Shown: in pieces, positions 19,807 to 28,349 of the stretch
How positions within the stretch are numbered: the first letter of the stretch is position 1
Layout: each line of letters starts with the position of its first letter
Source of the DNA: Candidatus Woesearchaeota archaeon
Lineage (GTDB): Archaea > Nanobdellota > Nanobdellia > Woesearchaeales > GW2011-AR4
DNA: 64,000 bases
NCBI GenBank assembly: GCA_016185945.1
Contig: JACPMR010000015.1
Span: 217,543 to 281,542 of the forward strand
Reading direction: 5' to 3'
The notes under the pieces: model-generated
The model's input: only the letters and a program-made list of their open reading frames with translations
Database searches by the model: none
What the model was told of the DNA's origin: nothing
Translations under genes and position numbers: made by a program

Positions 19807-19954
19807 TAGCCCTATATATATTGTAATAACTATCCAGTTAGTATAAGTCATTACCATTTTATAATGAAATTACTACTGACTGGGCAAAAATAATAACATT
19901 TTAATAGTAGTGGTTTTTATCCCCTTACCAATAACAAAAGGGGGGTGTGTTTAA

Positions 19955-20773
19955 ATGATAGTTAAAGAAGAATTTTTGAGCAAACTGAGAAGGTTTTTCA
20001 GCCTCAATTTGTACGAGGTTAAAATATGGACGGCTCTGCTCAGCAGAGGGGTTTCCACAGCAGGAGAGCTTTCTGATATTGCAAATGTGCCGAGAAGCAG
20101 AAGCTACGATGTTCTCGAGTCATTGGAAAAGAAGGGCTTTGTCATAATGAAGCTTGGCAAGCCGATAAAGTACATTGCTGTTCCTCCAAAGGAGGTTGTT
20201 GAGAGAGTTAAAAAGAATGTTGAATCATATGCGAAAGAGGAAGTCAAAAAGCTTAGCGACTTGAAGAATACCGATGTTATCAATGAGCTGAGCGCATTGC
20301 ACACTCAGGGAGTTGAGCTTATCGAGCCAGCTGACTTGAGCGGTTCTTTGAGAGGAAGGCACAACTTATATAATCATCTTGAATTAACAATAAGAAATGC
20401 TGAGGAAAGCGTTACCTTGATGACAACAGCTCAGGGATTTATTAGAAAAATGGAGGGACTTAAGCCTACATTTGAAAAACTAAAGAAAAGGGGAGTGAAG
20501 ATAAGGGTTGCTGCCCCAATCACAAAAGAGGCATTGCCTGCTTTGAAAGAGATACAGGGGCTTGCAGAAATCAGGTATACTGACAATAAGGCAAGGTTCT
20601 GTGTTGTAGACAGCAAGGAGATAATCTTCATGATTCTGGACGACAATGAAGTTCATCCAACTTATGATGTTGGCATATGGGTTAACACGCCGTTCTTCGC
20701 AAATGCGCTGGAGAACTTATTTGACCTTGCGTGGAAGAACATGAAGCCGGCTGCAGAAGTTGTGAAGAGATAG
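19955..20773 (+). CDS. TrmB family transcriptional regulator (TrmBL2-like)
   Basis: LNLYEVKIW...TAGELSDIANVPRSRSYDVLESLEKKGFV winged HTH plus C-terminal PLD-like domain. Confidence 0.92.
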   Translation: MIVKEEFLSKLRRFFSLNLYEVKIWTALLSRGVSTAGELSDIANVPRSRSYDVLESLEKKGFVIMKLGKPIKYIAVPPKEVVERVKKNVESYAKEEVKKLSDLKNTDVINELSALHTQGVELIEPADLSGSLRGRHNLYNHLELTIRNAEESVTLMTTAQGFIRKMEGLKPTFEKLKKRGVKIRVAAPITKEALPALKEIQGLAEIRYTDNKARFCVVDSKEIIFMILDDNEVHPTYDVGIWVNTPFFANALENLFDLAWKNMKPAAEVVKR

Positions 20774-20844
20774 GATTTTTCTTTTTATTACTCCCTTCTT
20801 TATAATGCAAAAATATAAAAGAAGATATTGTTTCTAGTGATAGT

Positions 20845-21099
20845 ATGGATAAACTGAAACGTTACAGAAAGAGCATTGACTATACAGATAAAAAAATTGT
20901 TAAGTTGTTGCTATTAAGGTTTGATTTAGCTAAAAAGGTTTCGAAAGAAAAAAAATTGAATAGGGTAAAAATCATAGACAAAAAAAGGGAGTCTGAAATT
21001 ATGAAAAACATAAAAAAATATTCTAATAAAAAACATCAGCAATTTGTAAAAGATATTTTTAAAAATATTATAAATTATTCCAGAAAACTGCAAAGGTAA
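20845..21099 (+). CDS. aroQ: Chorismate mutase (AroQ type)
   Basis: LKRYRKSIDYTDKKIVKLLLLRF...K...IIDKKRE...Q pattern of AroQ. Confidence 0.85.
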   Translation: MDKLKRYRKSIDYTDKKIVKLLLLRFDLAKKVSKEKKLNRVKIIDKKRESEIMKNIKKYSNKKHQQFVKDIFKNIINYSRKLQR

Positions 21100-21945
21100 A
21101 TGGCAAAACAAAAATTGATTTTAAGCTTAAAGCAAAAAGCGAAAGAATTGCGCAAAGAAATTCTTGCAATAATTTACAATGCACAGTCCGGGCATCCTGG
21201 GGGCTCTTTAAGCGCAATAGATATGTTAGTTGGATTGTATTATTACAAGCTAAAAGTTGAGCCAAAAAATCCTATGTGGGAAGACAGAGATAGGTTTGTA
21301 TTGAGCAAAGGGCATTGCAGTCCTGCAATTTATGCTGTTTTGGCTGACAAGGGATATTTTCCAAAATCCGAGCTTGAAGGATACAGAAAAATCAACAGTA
21401 TGCTGCAGGGGCATCCAGAGCTAAGCATACCCGGAATAGATTTTGCAGGAGGCGCTCTTGGGCAGGGAATCTGCTTTGCGCTTGGAATTGCATTGGCGTG
21501 TAGGCTTGACAAAAGAAAATGCAATGTCTATGCAATGATTGGAGACGGAGAAGCGCAAGAAGGCGCTGTTTGGGAGGCCTCAATGGCTGCTGCCTTTTAC
21601 AAGATGGACAATTTGATTGCTGTTCTTGACAAAAACCAAGTGCAGCAAACAGGGAAAACAAAAGATATTATGGACATTGGCGATGCTGCTGCGAAATGGA
21701 AGGCATTTGGATGGAATGCTGTTGAGATCAACGGGCATGACATGGAGCAAATAGTCAAGGCATTAGATAGGGCATCTAAAATGAAAAACAAAAAGCCGAC
21801 AATGATAATTTCAAATACAATCAAAGGCAAAGGAGTTTCGTTCATGGAATTAAATCATAAGTTTCATGGAAAAGCCCCGAATGAGGAAGAATTCAAGAAG
21901 GCATTGATGGAAATAGACAAGATTAATGTTAAGACGTTTAAATAA
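21100..21945 (+). CDS. tktA: Transketolase, N-terminal (TPP-binding) subunit
   Basis: GHPGGSLS, DRFVLSKGH, LQGHP, GDGE...EG...N TPP motif. Confidence 0.95.
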   Translation: MAKQKLILSLKQKAKELRKEILAIIYNAQSGHPGGSLSAIDMLVGLYYYKLKVEPKNPMWEDRDRFVLSKGHCSPAIYAVLADKGYFPKSELEGYRKINSMLQGHPELSIPGIDFAGGALGQGICFALGIALACRLDKRKCNVYAMIGDGEAQEGAVWEASMAAAFYKMDNLIAVLDKNQVQQTGKTKDIMDIGDAAAKWKAFGWNAVEINGHDMEQIVKALDRASKMKNKKPTMIISNTIKGKGVSFMELNHKFHGKAPNEEEFKKALMEIDKINVKTFK

Positions 21946-22018
21946 AAATAATTAATTCAATAAATAAAAACCACATTAAGATAATAAAACATTAACAAAA
22001 AATAAATCAAACAAAAAC

Positions 22019-22263
22019 GAGAGCGACTTTTAGCTTCCATAGGCTAAGAAAGTAATCCGCTTTTGATTGAATTTGTGCATGCATAGGCGAGGCTTGAGCG
22101 ATTGGCAGAGAAGAGTGTGACATGCGAGTGAGCTCGACCTGCTTGCGTCCGACTTGTGAGCGAGTGATTCGCTCACTCGCATGTCACTGCTCGCAAGCTC
22201 GCATTCAACAGCGAACTCGCTCACAAGTCACCCGAGCTGTAAATATTGTTGCCGAAGGCAACA
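22019..22263. repeat. Composite structured insertion between the transketolase halves (copy B)
   Basis: 22019-22064 matches 29511-29556 at 36 of 46 nt. Perfect inverted repeats at 22117-33/22171-87 (17 bp) and 22151-65/22215-29 (15 bp); tgttgcc-gaa-ggcaaca hairpin at 22247-63. Confidence 0.75.
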
Positions 22264-22296
22264 GATTGAAGATAGAAATAATTAAATCAACTAAAA

Positions 22297-23232
22297 ATGG
22301 AAAAGATAGCCACTCGAGACGGTTATGGAAGGGCATTGGTTGAGTTAGGGAAGCAAAATCCGAATGTTGTTGCTTTAGATGCTGACCTGAGCGACAGCAC
22401 AAGGAGCGAGTATTTTGCAAAACAATTCCCCGAAAGATTTTTCTCAATGGGCATTGCAGAGCAGAACATGATAGGGGCTGCTGCCGGACTGGCTTTTTCA
22501 GGCAAGATTGTATATGCAAGCACTTTTGCAATTTTCAGCGAAAGGGCTTATGAGTTCGTGAGAAATGTTGTGTCAAGGAATAAACTGAATGTAAAGATTG
22601 CTGGAAGCCATGCAGGGATTTTTACAGGGGAAGATGGGAAGTCAGCACAGGCAATTGAGGACATTGCTGCTTATCGCGCATTGCCAAACATGATTGTGCT
22701 GCAGCCCTGCGATGCGGTTGAGACAGAGAAGATTGTTTTTGCGCTTGCTGGCTATAAAGGGCCTTCTTACATGAGAATGCACAGGAATCCTGTGCCTGTG
22801 ATTCACGATGCTAATTATAGATTTGAAATTGGAAAGGCAGAAGTTTTGAGGCAGGGCAAGGATGCTGTCATTTTTGCAACAGGCACTTTGGTTCATGAGG
22901 CGTTGAAAGCAGCTGAAATTTTAAAAAATGAGGGAATTGATGTTTTTGTTGTGAATATCCACACTATAAAGCCAATTGATGAGAAATTAATAATTGATTT
23001 GGCGAAGAAGACAAATTGCGTGATTACAGCAGAGGATCATAATGTGATTGGGGGCCTAGGAAGCGCTGTTGCAGAGGTTTTAGGTGAGAATTATCCTTGC
23101 ATTATGAAAAGGATTGGATTGAAGGATATGTATGCAGAGTCAGGCAAGCCGGATGAATTGTATAAGAAATATGGCTTGGATTCACAATCGATTGCTGAGG
23201 AAGTTATTAAGTTTGTAAGTAAGAAGAGATAA
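22297..23232 (+). CDS. tktB: Transketolase, C-terminal subunit
   Basis: ATRDGYG, GIAEQNM, GEDGKSAQAIED, TIKPID, EDHNVIGGLG. Confidence 0.95.
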   Translation: MEKIATRDGYGRALVELGKQNPNVVALDADLSDSTRSEYFAKQFPERFFSMGIAEQNMIGAAAGLAFSGKIVYASTFAIFSERAYEFVRNVVSRNKLNVKIAGSHAGIFTGEDGKSAQAIEDIAAYRALPNMIVLQPCDAVETEKIVFALAGYKGPSYMRMHRNPVPVIHDANYRFEIGKAEVLRQGKDAVIFATGTLVHEALKAAEILKNEGIDVFVVNIHTIKPIDEKLIIDLAKKTNCVITAEDHNVIGGLGSAVAEVLGENYPCIMKRIGLKDMYAESGKPDELYKKYGLDSQSIAEEVIKFVSKKR

Positions 23233-23269
23233 AATTTTAATAATGATATTATAAATATCAATTACAAAA

Positions 23270-23701
23270 ATGGTTAGCTGGATAGTTTATGGGCTGATTG
23301 CATTTGTTTGTTTTGCAGTTAATACCATAGTTTACAAAGTTGCGCAGCAGAAAGGAAATTTTTCTCCTTATTATGGTGCTTTGTTGTTCGGGCTTGGTGC
23401 TATATTGCTGTTTGGCTTTTTTCTTTTGTTTAACAAGCCTGATTTTAAGTTTGAATGGAAATCTGGCAGCTTGGCTTTGATTGCAGGAGTGATATGGGCA
23501 TTTGGCTTTCTTTCAATCGCGATAGCCATCGCGCAGAAAGCAGATGTTGCAAGATTGGCGCCAATTTATAATGCAAACACATTGCTTGCTGTTTTTCTGG
23601 GAATTGTGTTTCTGAAGGAAATTCCGGATGTCACACAAATATTCAGGGTGGTTGCTGGGGCTGTTTTGATTGTTATAGGCGCGATTTTGGTGAGTGTTTA
23701 A
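23270..23701 (+). CDS. EamA/DMT family transporter (single repeat)
   Basis: 143 aa with five hydrophobic segments; API...LAVFLGIVFLKE motif. Confidence 0.85.
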   Translation: MVSWIVYGLIAFVCFAVNTIVYKVAQQKGNFSPYYGALLFGLGAILLFGFFLLFNKPDFKFEWKSGSLALIAGVIWAFGFLSIAIAIAQKADVARLAPIYNANTLLAVFLGIVFLKEIPDVTQIFRVVAGAVLIVIGAILVSV

Positions 23702-23731
23702 TTTAATTAAAGGAAAATTAAACTATAGTCA

Positions 23732-23956
23732 ATGGAAAAATTAAAATCAAGTGAAATTGCATCTTATACCTTCTGTCCAGTATGTTGGTGGACTGAAAGG
23801 GTTAGAGGAGTTGTCATAACACAAGCAATAAGCAAAGGCGAGCAGTATCATAATACTATTGCTAAAAATCGATCAACTGCTAAATTTCTATACAATTCAG
23901 TTATAATTTTAACTTTTATTATTTTGATTCTTATTGTATACAGGGTTTTAGCATGA
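23732..23956 (+). CDS. N-terminal half of a split Cas4-like protein with C-terminal TM helix
   Basis: KSSEIASYTFCPVCWW...KGEQYH resembles the Cas4 N-terminus; ends in a hydrophobic helix; overlaps the next gene by 4 nt (ATGA). Confidence 0.7.
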   Translation: MEKLKSSEIASYTFCPVCWWTERVRGVVITQAISKGEQYHNTIAKNRSTAKFLYNSVIILTFIILILIVYRVLA

Positions 23957-24456
23957 TAGCTTTGGATATATTAATCATAGGGGCAATTGTCGTACTCTTT
24001 GCCTTGATTATATTATTAAAATTAACAAATGTTCCGGCAGAAATTTATAAGGGCAGATCAATCTACATTGACCATAAGGAAAAACCCATTGAAGCGCTTT
24101 TTTCTCCAAAGTACGGGTTGGTTGGGAAACCTGATTATATTTTGCATACAAAAGATGGATTGTTGCCCTTGGAAATAAAGCATTCGAAGAAGCCTATACA
24201 ACCTTATTTTTCACACGTAATACAATTAATTTCATATTGTTTGTTAATAGAAGAAACCAAAGGTGCAAAACCAAAGTATGGGTTTATCCAATACAAAGAG
24301 GGTAAGCCATTTTCAATTCCTTATACGGTTAATATGAAATTGCTTTTGATAAAAACAATGGAGGAGATGCGGAAGCAGATTGATTCAGGCCAATGCTCAA
24401 ATCCATCTGCAAGGCGTATTTGCAAAAAATGCAGAGAAAAGCTAATCAAAGAGTAA
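23953..24456 (+). CDS. Membrane-anchored Cas4-like PD-(D/E)XK nuclease (C-terminal half)
   Basis: N-terminal TM, GKPDYI...LEIKHS, QLISY, C-terminal C-x8-CKKC. Confidence 0.8.
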   Translation: MIALDILIIGAIVVLFALIILLKLTNVPAEIYKGRSIYIDHKEKPIEALFSPKYGLVGKPDYILHTKDGLLPLEIKHSKKPIQPYFSHVIQLISYCLLIEETKGAKPKYGFIQYKEGKPFSIPYTVNMKLLLIKTMEEMRKQIDSGQCSNPSARRICKKCREKLIKE

Positions 24457-24499
24457 ATATTATAAAGTTTAATCAATATCCTACATAAGGTGAATCGAA

Positions 24500-25150
24500 A
24501 TGGATTTATTCCTTGACACAGCTTCTGTCCAAGAAGTAAGACAAGGTGCTGAGACTGGATTGATTTCGGGTGTTACTACAAATCCCAGTTTGGCTTTAAA
24601 AGCAGGCGGAGACTACAACGATGTTCTAAAAGAAATCTGCTCTATTGTAAAAGGTCCAGTCAGCGCTGAGACTGTTTCCTTGGATGCAGATGGCATGGTA
24701 AAAGAAGGTGTTGCTTTCTCCAAGATTGCAAAGAACATTGTTGTAAAAGTGCCGATGACTGTTGAGGGGATGAAAGCCTGCCAGAGATTGACGAGAAAAG
24801 ACATAAAAGTCAATGTTACACTGTGCTTTTCCCCTAATCAAGCATTATTGGCAGCAAAATCAGGCGCTTTCATTGTAAGCCCGTTTGTCGGAAGATTGGA
24901 TGATATTGGAGAAGTCGGAATGAATTTGATCAAGGACATAAGATTAATCTATAATAATTACAAATTTACAACACAGATATTAGTTGCTTCCATCAGAAAC
25001 CCTATCCATGTGCTTGAGGCAGCAAAGATAGGGGCAGACATTGCAACAATGCCTTACTCTGTATTTGAGCAGTTGTTCAAGCACTCCTTGACTGATGTCG
25101 GGATTAAGAGATTTCTGGAAGACTGGGAGAAAGTGCTGAAGAGGAAATGA
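24500..25150 (+). CDS. tal: Transaldolase (FSA/TalC family)
   Basis: [19 protein letters not shown] Schiff-base Lys, [20 protein letters not shown]. Confidence 0.93.
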   Translation: MDLFLDTASVQEVRQGAETGLISGVTTNPSLALKAGGDYNDVLKEICSIVKGPVSAETVSLDADGMVKEGVAFSKIAKNIVVKVPMTVEGMKACQRLTRKDIKVNVTLCFSPNQALLAAKSGAFIVSPFVGRLDDIGEVGMNLIKDIRLIYNNYKFTTQILVASIRNPIHVLEAAKIGADIATMPYSVFEQLFKHSLTDVGIKRFLEDWEKVLKRK

Positions 25151-25152
25151 GT

Positions 25153-25887
25153 TTAGTTTAAATTTAATTTTTTTAAAATTTCTTCTTTACATTCTGCATA
25201 TGCTCTATTTATAGATTTTCTTTTTGAATTAATCAAAAATTGGTGCATTTCGTTATTAAAAATATAAATATGGTTATTTTTGGGGTCAGTCCCTTCATCC
25301 ATTCTAAATGGTGGATTTATATATCCCGCTTTTTCCCCAATTAATACAAATTCTTGATTAGTCTCTGATGGGTTTGAATAATGAAAATTGCACTTTATTT
25401 CGTCATATGTATCCCAATCTTTTCTCAATTTTGGGCTATCTTTAAGTTTCATATAAGCGAAAATGTAATATTGCTTTTTGTTCTTCTGTAATTCTTTGAT
25501 TTTATTAAAGGTGTAATCAGAATTATGAAGATCCTTAGGACATCGAAAGAATCCCGAATAAAATAATATAAAATCTCCTTTATTAAAATTCTTTAATATG
25601 TTATAATTTTTAATATCTCCATAAGTAAAACATTCAGAATTATATAAGAATGCTGGATCTTGATGAAATTCTAATTGATAGTATTTATTGGATGTAATGG
25701 CTGTCCCTTTAATTATTATTTTATCTTTAGGAAGATAGTTGGATATTTGAGAATAATAATCGGATTTATTTCTAATTTTAGGGAATGGTATAATTTTATA
25801 GTCATTGCTATCTAAATCTGACATAGGAGATACAAAACCGCCATTTGTAGTATCAATTCCTATTCTAATTAAAAATACTCTTGACAT
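25153..25887 (-). CDS. Nmad3-like (nucleotide modification-associated domain 3) protein
   Basis: IRIGIDTTNGGFVSP...IIPFP...HQDP...TYGD...KGDFILFYSG matches the Nmad3 pattern as I recall it; very AT-rich. Confidence 0.65.
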   Translation of the reverse strand: MSRVFLIRIGIDTTNGGFVSPMSDLDSNDYKIIPFPKIRNKSDYYSQISNYLPKDKIIIKGTAITSNKYYQLEFHQDPAFLYNSECFTYGDIKNYNILKNFNKGDFILFYSGFFRCPKDLHNSDYTFNKIKELQKNKKQYYIFAYMKLKDSPKLRKDWDTYDEIKCNFHYSNPSETNQEFVLIGEKAGYINPPFRMDEGTDPKNNHIYIFNNEMHQFLINSKRKSINRAYAECKEEILKKLNLN

Positions 25888-25958
25888 TTTATAAACATAA
25901 ATATTGTAGATTCAGCATGTAATTTAATAACCTTTTTATACCATTTTCTTTAACTTTA

Positions 25959-26522
25959 CTATAACTCTTCTAAAATATTTTTTTTATTGTAATTGATTTT
26001 ATTTCTTTTAAGTATTTCTTCAAATTCAAGTGAATGCTCAATAGGAATTTTAACAACTCCACTCATTAATCTTGTTCCATTCAAAAGTTCTATAATGCCT
26101 TTTTGGTTTCTGCCGGCAAGGATATAATTAAATTTGATTTTTTGCGTATGGCTAAGTCCTTTTAAATTGTACCAGAAAATTGTGTAAGAATTAAATCCCA
26201 AGATTTGGCAGAATTTTTTATTATGGAAAATACTGAATCCCTCCAGTAAAATTCCTGTTCTTGCCAAGAACTCAGTTGAAAACAAATCTTTCAGAAGACA
26301 TTGCTGCATATCAAGATTTATATCAATTATTCTTTTTACATTATTTTTAATGTCTTGAATTATACCTAGTCTCTCGCGCAAACTTCCTTCTAGAAAGATA
26401 ACCATTATATCTATATCTCTAGAGAACATCTTGCCTTTAACAGAAGAGCCGAAAACAATGATGTCAAAAATTGGCTCTTTTTTTTCATCCTTCAAGCATT
26501 TCTTTAATTTTTCCAATGTCAT
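25959..26522 (-). CDS. Minimal nucleotidyltransferase (MNT) antitoxin with C-terminal extension
   Basis: IIVFGSSVKG...DIDIMV (GS...DxD). ATG at 26522 overlaps the HEPN 3' end. Confidence 0.8.
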   Translation of the reverse strand: MTLEKLKKCLKDEKKEPIFDIIVFGSSVKGKMFSRDIDIMVIFLEGSLRERLGIIQDIKNNVKRIIDINLDMQQCLLKDLFSTEFLARTGILLEGFSIFHNKKFCQILGFNSYTIFWYNLKGLSHTQKIKFNYILAGRNQKGIIELLNGTRLMSGVVKIPIEHSLEFEEILKRNKINYNKKNILEEL

Positions 26523-26823
26523 CTTTAAGCAACTCTGCAGATTCTTTGTCCATCTTCTTGGTGTACGAATCCTGATAAAAAGGAAAATCCCTATCAAGGA
26601 TTTTGTAGATTGGAGAATATTTCTCTTCTATAGTTCTGAATCTGTCAGAATGTGAAGATGGAATTCTTCCTTCTTTTTTTAATAAAAATAAATCACATAA
26701 AGCGACAATTGCTTTAAAGAACAGCGTTGTTGCGCTGTTATATTTTTGCTCATTAAATGCTATTAAACCTAACTGGAAATATTCCTCAAAATTATCTATC
26801 AATATTTTCGCTCTTTCATCCAT
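26485..26823 (-). CDS. HEPN domain protein (toxin partner of MNT)
   Basis: Helical 112 aa with KYNSATTLFFKA and GRIPSSH (Rx4H); adjacent to MNT. Confidence 0.75.
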   Translation of the reverse strand: MDERAKILIDNFEEYFQLGLIAFNEQKYNSATTLFFKAIVALCDLFLLKKEGRIPSSHSDRFRTIEEKYSPIYKILDRDFPFYQDSYTKKMDKESAELLKDDIGKIKEMLEG

Positions 26824-26936
26824 GTTATATGGTACAACAAAAGCAGACTATTTAAATTTTTCTGTTGTATAGTATAACAAGGTTGTATAATGTAACAAAT
26901 AAAGCTAAATTAATGATTTAGGTTGTATAATACAAC
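26824..26936. promoter_or_regulatory. Array of four 15-bp palindromic operators GTTRTA-N3-TRYAAC
   Basis: gttatatggtacaac 26824-38, gttgtatagtataac 26864-78, gttgtataatgtaac 26882-96, gttgtataatacaac 26922-36; they flank the TATA tttaaat at 26851-57. Confidence 0.8.
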
Positions 26937-27020
26937 ATAGAGTGTTAAGATTTTGAAGAATAGATAAACATTTTACTTATTGTGCAAATATTTTTATATC
27001 GTCTATTTAATCTTTATCCT

Positions 27021-28157
27021 ATGGCACAGCAATACAGCGTGAAAGGGGCAAAGCACCATGAATCTTCGTATGAAAGGAAGGTAAAGGAGCTAGAGGAAGA
27101 GCTTTCAACCACGAAGTACAATAAAAAAACACAAGGACATATAGGGCTAGTCAAGGCAAAGCTTGCAAATATTAGGAAAGAATATCAAAGAAAGGCAGCA
27201 GCAAAAGGCAAGGGAGAAGGCTTCTCTGTCAAAAGAACAGGGGATGCAACTGCAATTCTTGTTGGGTTTCCTTCTGTCGGCAAGTCAACTTTGCTGAATG
27301 CAATAACAAATGCAAATTCTCCAGTAGGGGCTTATGCTTTCACGACATTAACCTGCATTCCCGGCTTGCTTGAGTACAATCATGCAAAAATACAAGTTTT
27401 AGACGTGCCTGGAGTTGTTGAAGGCGCTGCAACCGGCAGGGGAAGAGGAAGAGAAGTTCTTGCATGCGCGCAAAGCGCTGATTTTGTGATTATTCTGCTT
27501 GATGTGTTTCATCCAGAGCATTTGGAAGTTGTGAAAAAAGAAATCTATGAAACCGGGCTGAGGATAAATGAAAAGCCGCCATTGGTTAGGATAACAAAAA
27601 AGCCAAGAGGCGGCATAGATATTGGGTATACAGTAAGGTTGACGAAGCTGAATCAAGAAACAATCAAGGCAATATTAAAGGAATTCAGGCTGGAGAACAG
27701 CAGCATTGTAATAAGGGAAGACATTACAGACGATCAGCTGATAGATGCAATTGAAGGTAATAAAAAGTATGTGTCTGGAATAGTTGTTTTGAACAAAATA
27801 GACATGGTTGATGAAAAAGAATTGGAAAGAATAAAGAAGATTGTAAAGCCGGACATCTGCGTTTCTGCTGAGAGAAAAATAAACACAGTGGAATTGAAGG
27901 AATTGATTTTTAAGAGACTGGATTTCATAAGGGTTTACTGCAAGGAAGTTGGCAAAAAAGCAGACACGAATGTTCCTTTAATAATGAGAAAAGGAAACAC
28001 ATTAAGGGATGTTTGCCTGAAACTGCATAAAGATTTCATTTCGAAATTCAGGTTTGCAAGGATTTGGGGTAAGTCAGTAAAATTCGACGGCATGGTTTTA
28101 AGAAGATTGGAGCATATTGTTCAAGATAACGATATTGTGGAGATACATTTGAGTTGA
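27021..28157 (+). CDS. DRG/OBG-family GTPase with TGS domain
   Basis: GFPSVGKST, YAFTTL, DVPG, NKID, C-terminal TGS domain. Confidence 0.93.
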   Translation: MAQQYSVKGAKHHESSYERKVKELEEELSTTKYNKKTQGHIGLVKAKLANIRKEYQRKAAAKGKGEGFSVKRTGDATAILVGFPSVGKSTLLNAITNANSPVGAYAFTTLTCIPGLLEYNHAKIQVLDVPGVVEGAATGRGRGREVLACAQSADFVIILLDVFHPEHLEVVKKEIYETGLRINEKPPLVRITKKPRGGIDIGYTVRLTKLNQETIKAILKEFRLENSSIVIREDITDDQLIDAIEGNKKYVSGIVVLNKIDMVDEKELERIKKIVKPDICVSAERKINTVELKELIFKRLDFIRVYCKEVGKKADTNVPLIMRKGNTLRDVCLKLHKDFISKFRFARIWGKSVKFDGMVLRRLEHIVQDNDIVEIHLS

Positions 28158-28209
28158 AAAACCAGTAACCTTTAAATACTACTTATTCTTACTAAACCGC
28201 TTAAATCAA

Positions 28210-28305
28210 ATGAAAAAACTAGAAAACTTAATGGCAAACATTGGATTTGCTTTCTACAGGTTGTTTTCCGGCTTCAAGTATTTCTTTTTTTACTTTAAGT
28301 ACTGA
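28210..28305 (+). CDS. Putative Phe/Tyr-rich leader peptide MKKLENLMANIGFAFYRLFSGFKYFFFYFKY
   Basis: Hand-translated 31-aa ORF, below the ORF-track cutoff; 8 Phe and 4 Tyr in the last 19 codons. It lies downstream of TATA tttaaata (28171-78) and directly upstream of DAHP synthase. Confidence 0.75.
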   Translation: MKKLENLMANIGFAFYRLFSGFKYFFFYFKY

Positions 28306-28349
28306 TTAGCTTCTTTATATTTCTGAAGAAGAAAGCTAATCTCATTTTC
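28304..28349 (+). terminator. Hairpin after the leader peptide (attenuator-like)
   Basis: gattagctt (28304-12) pairs with aagctaatc (28333-41) and extends past a bulge; followed by tcattttct. Confidence 0.55.

Noticed and set aside
20805-20837. Mini-ORF MQKYKRRYCF upstream of chorismate mutase as a second leader peptide
   Set aside because: Only 3 aromatic residues in 10, the ATG overlaps the probable TATA box (tttataat), and there is no hairpin.
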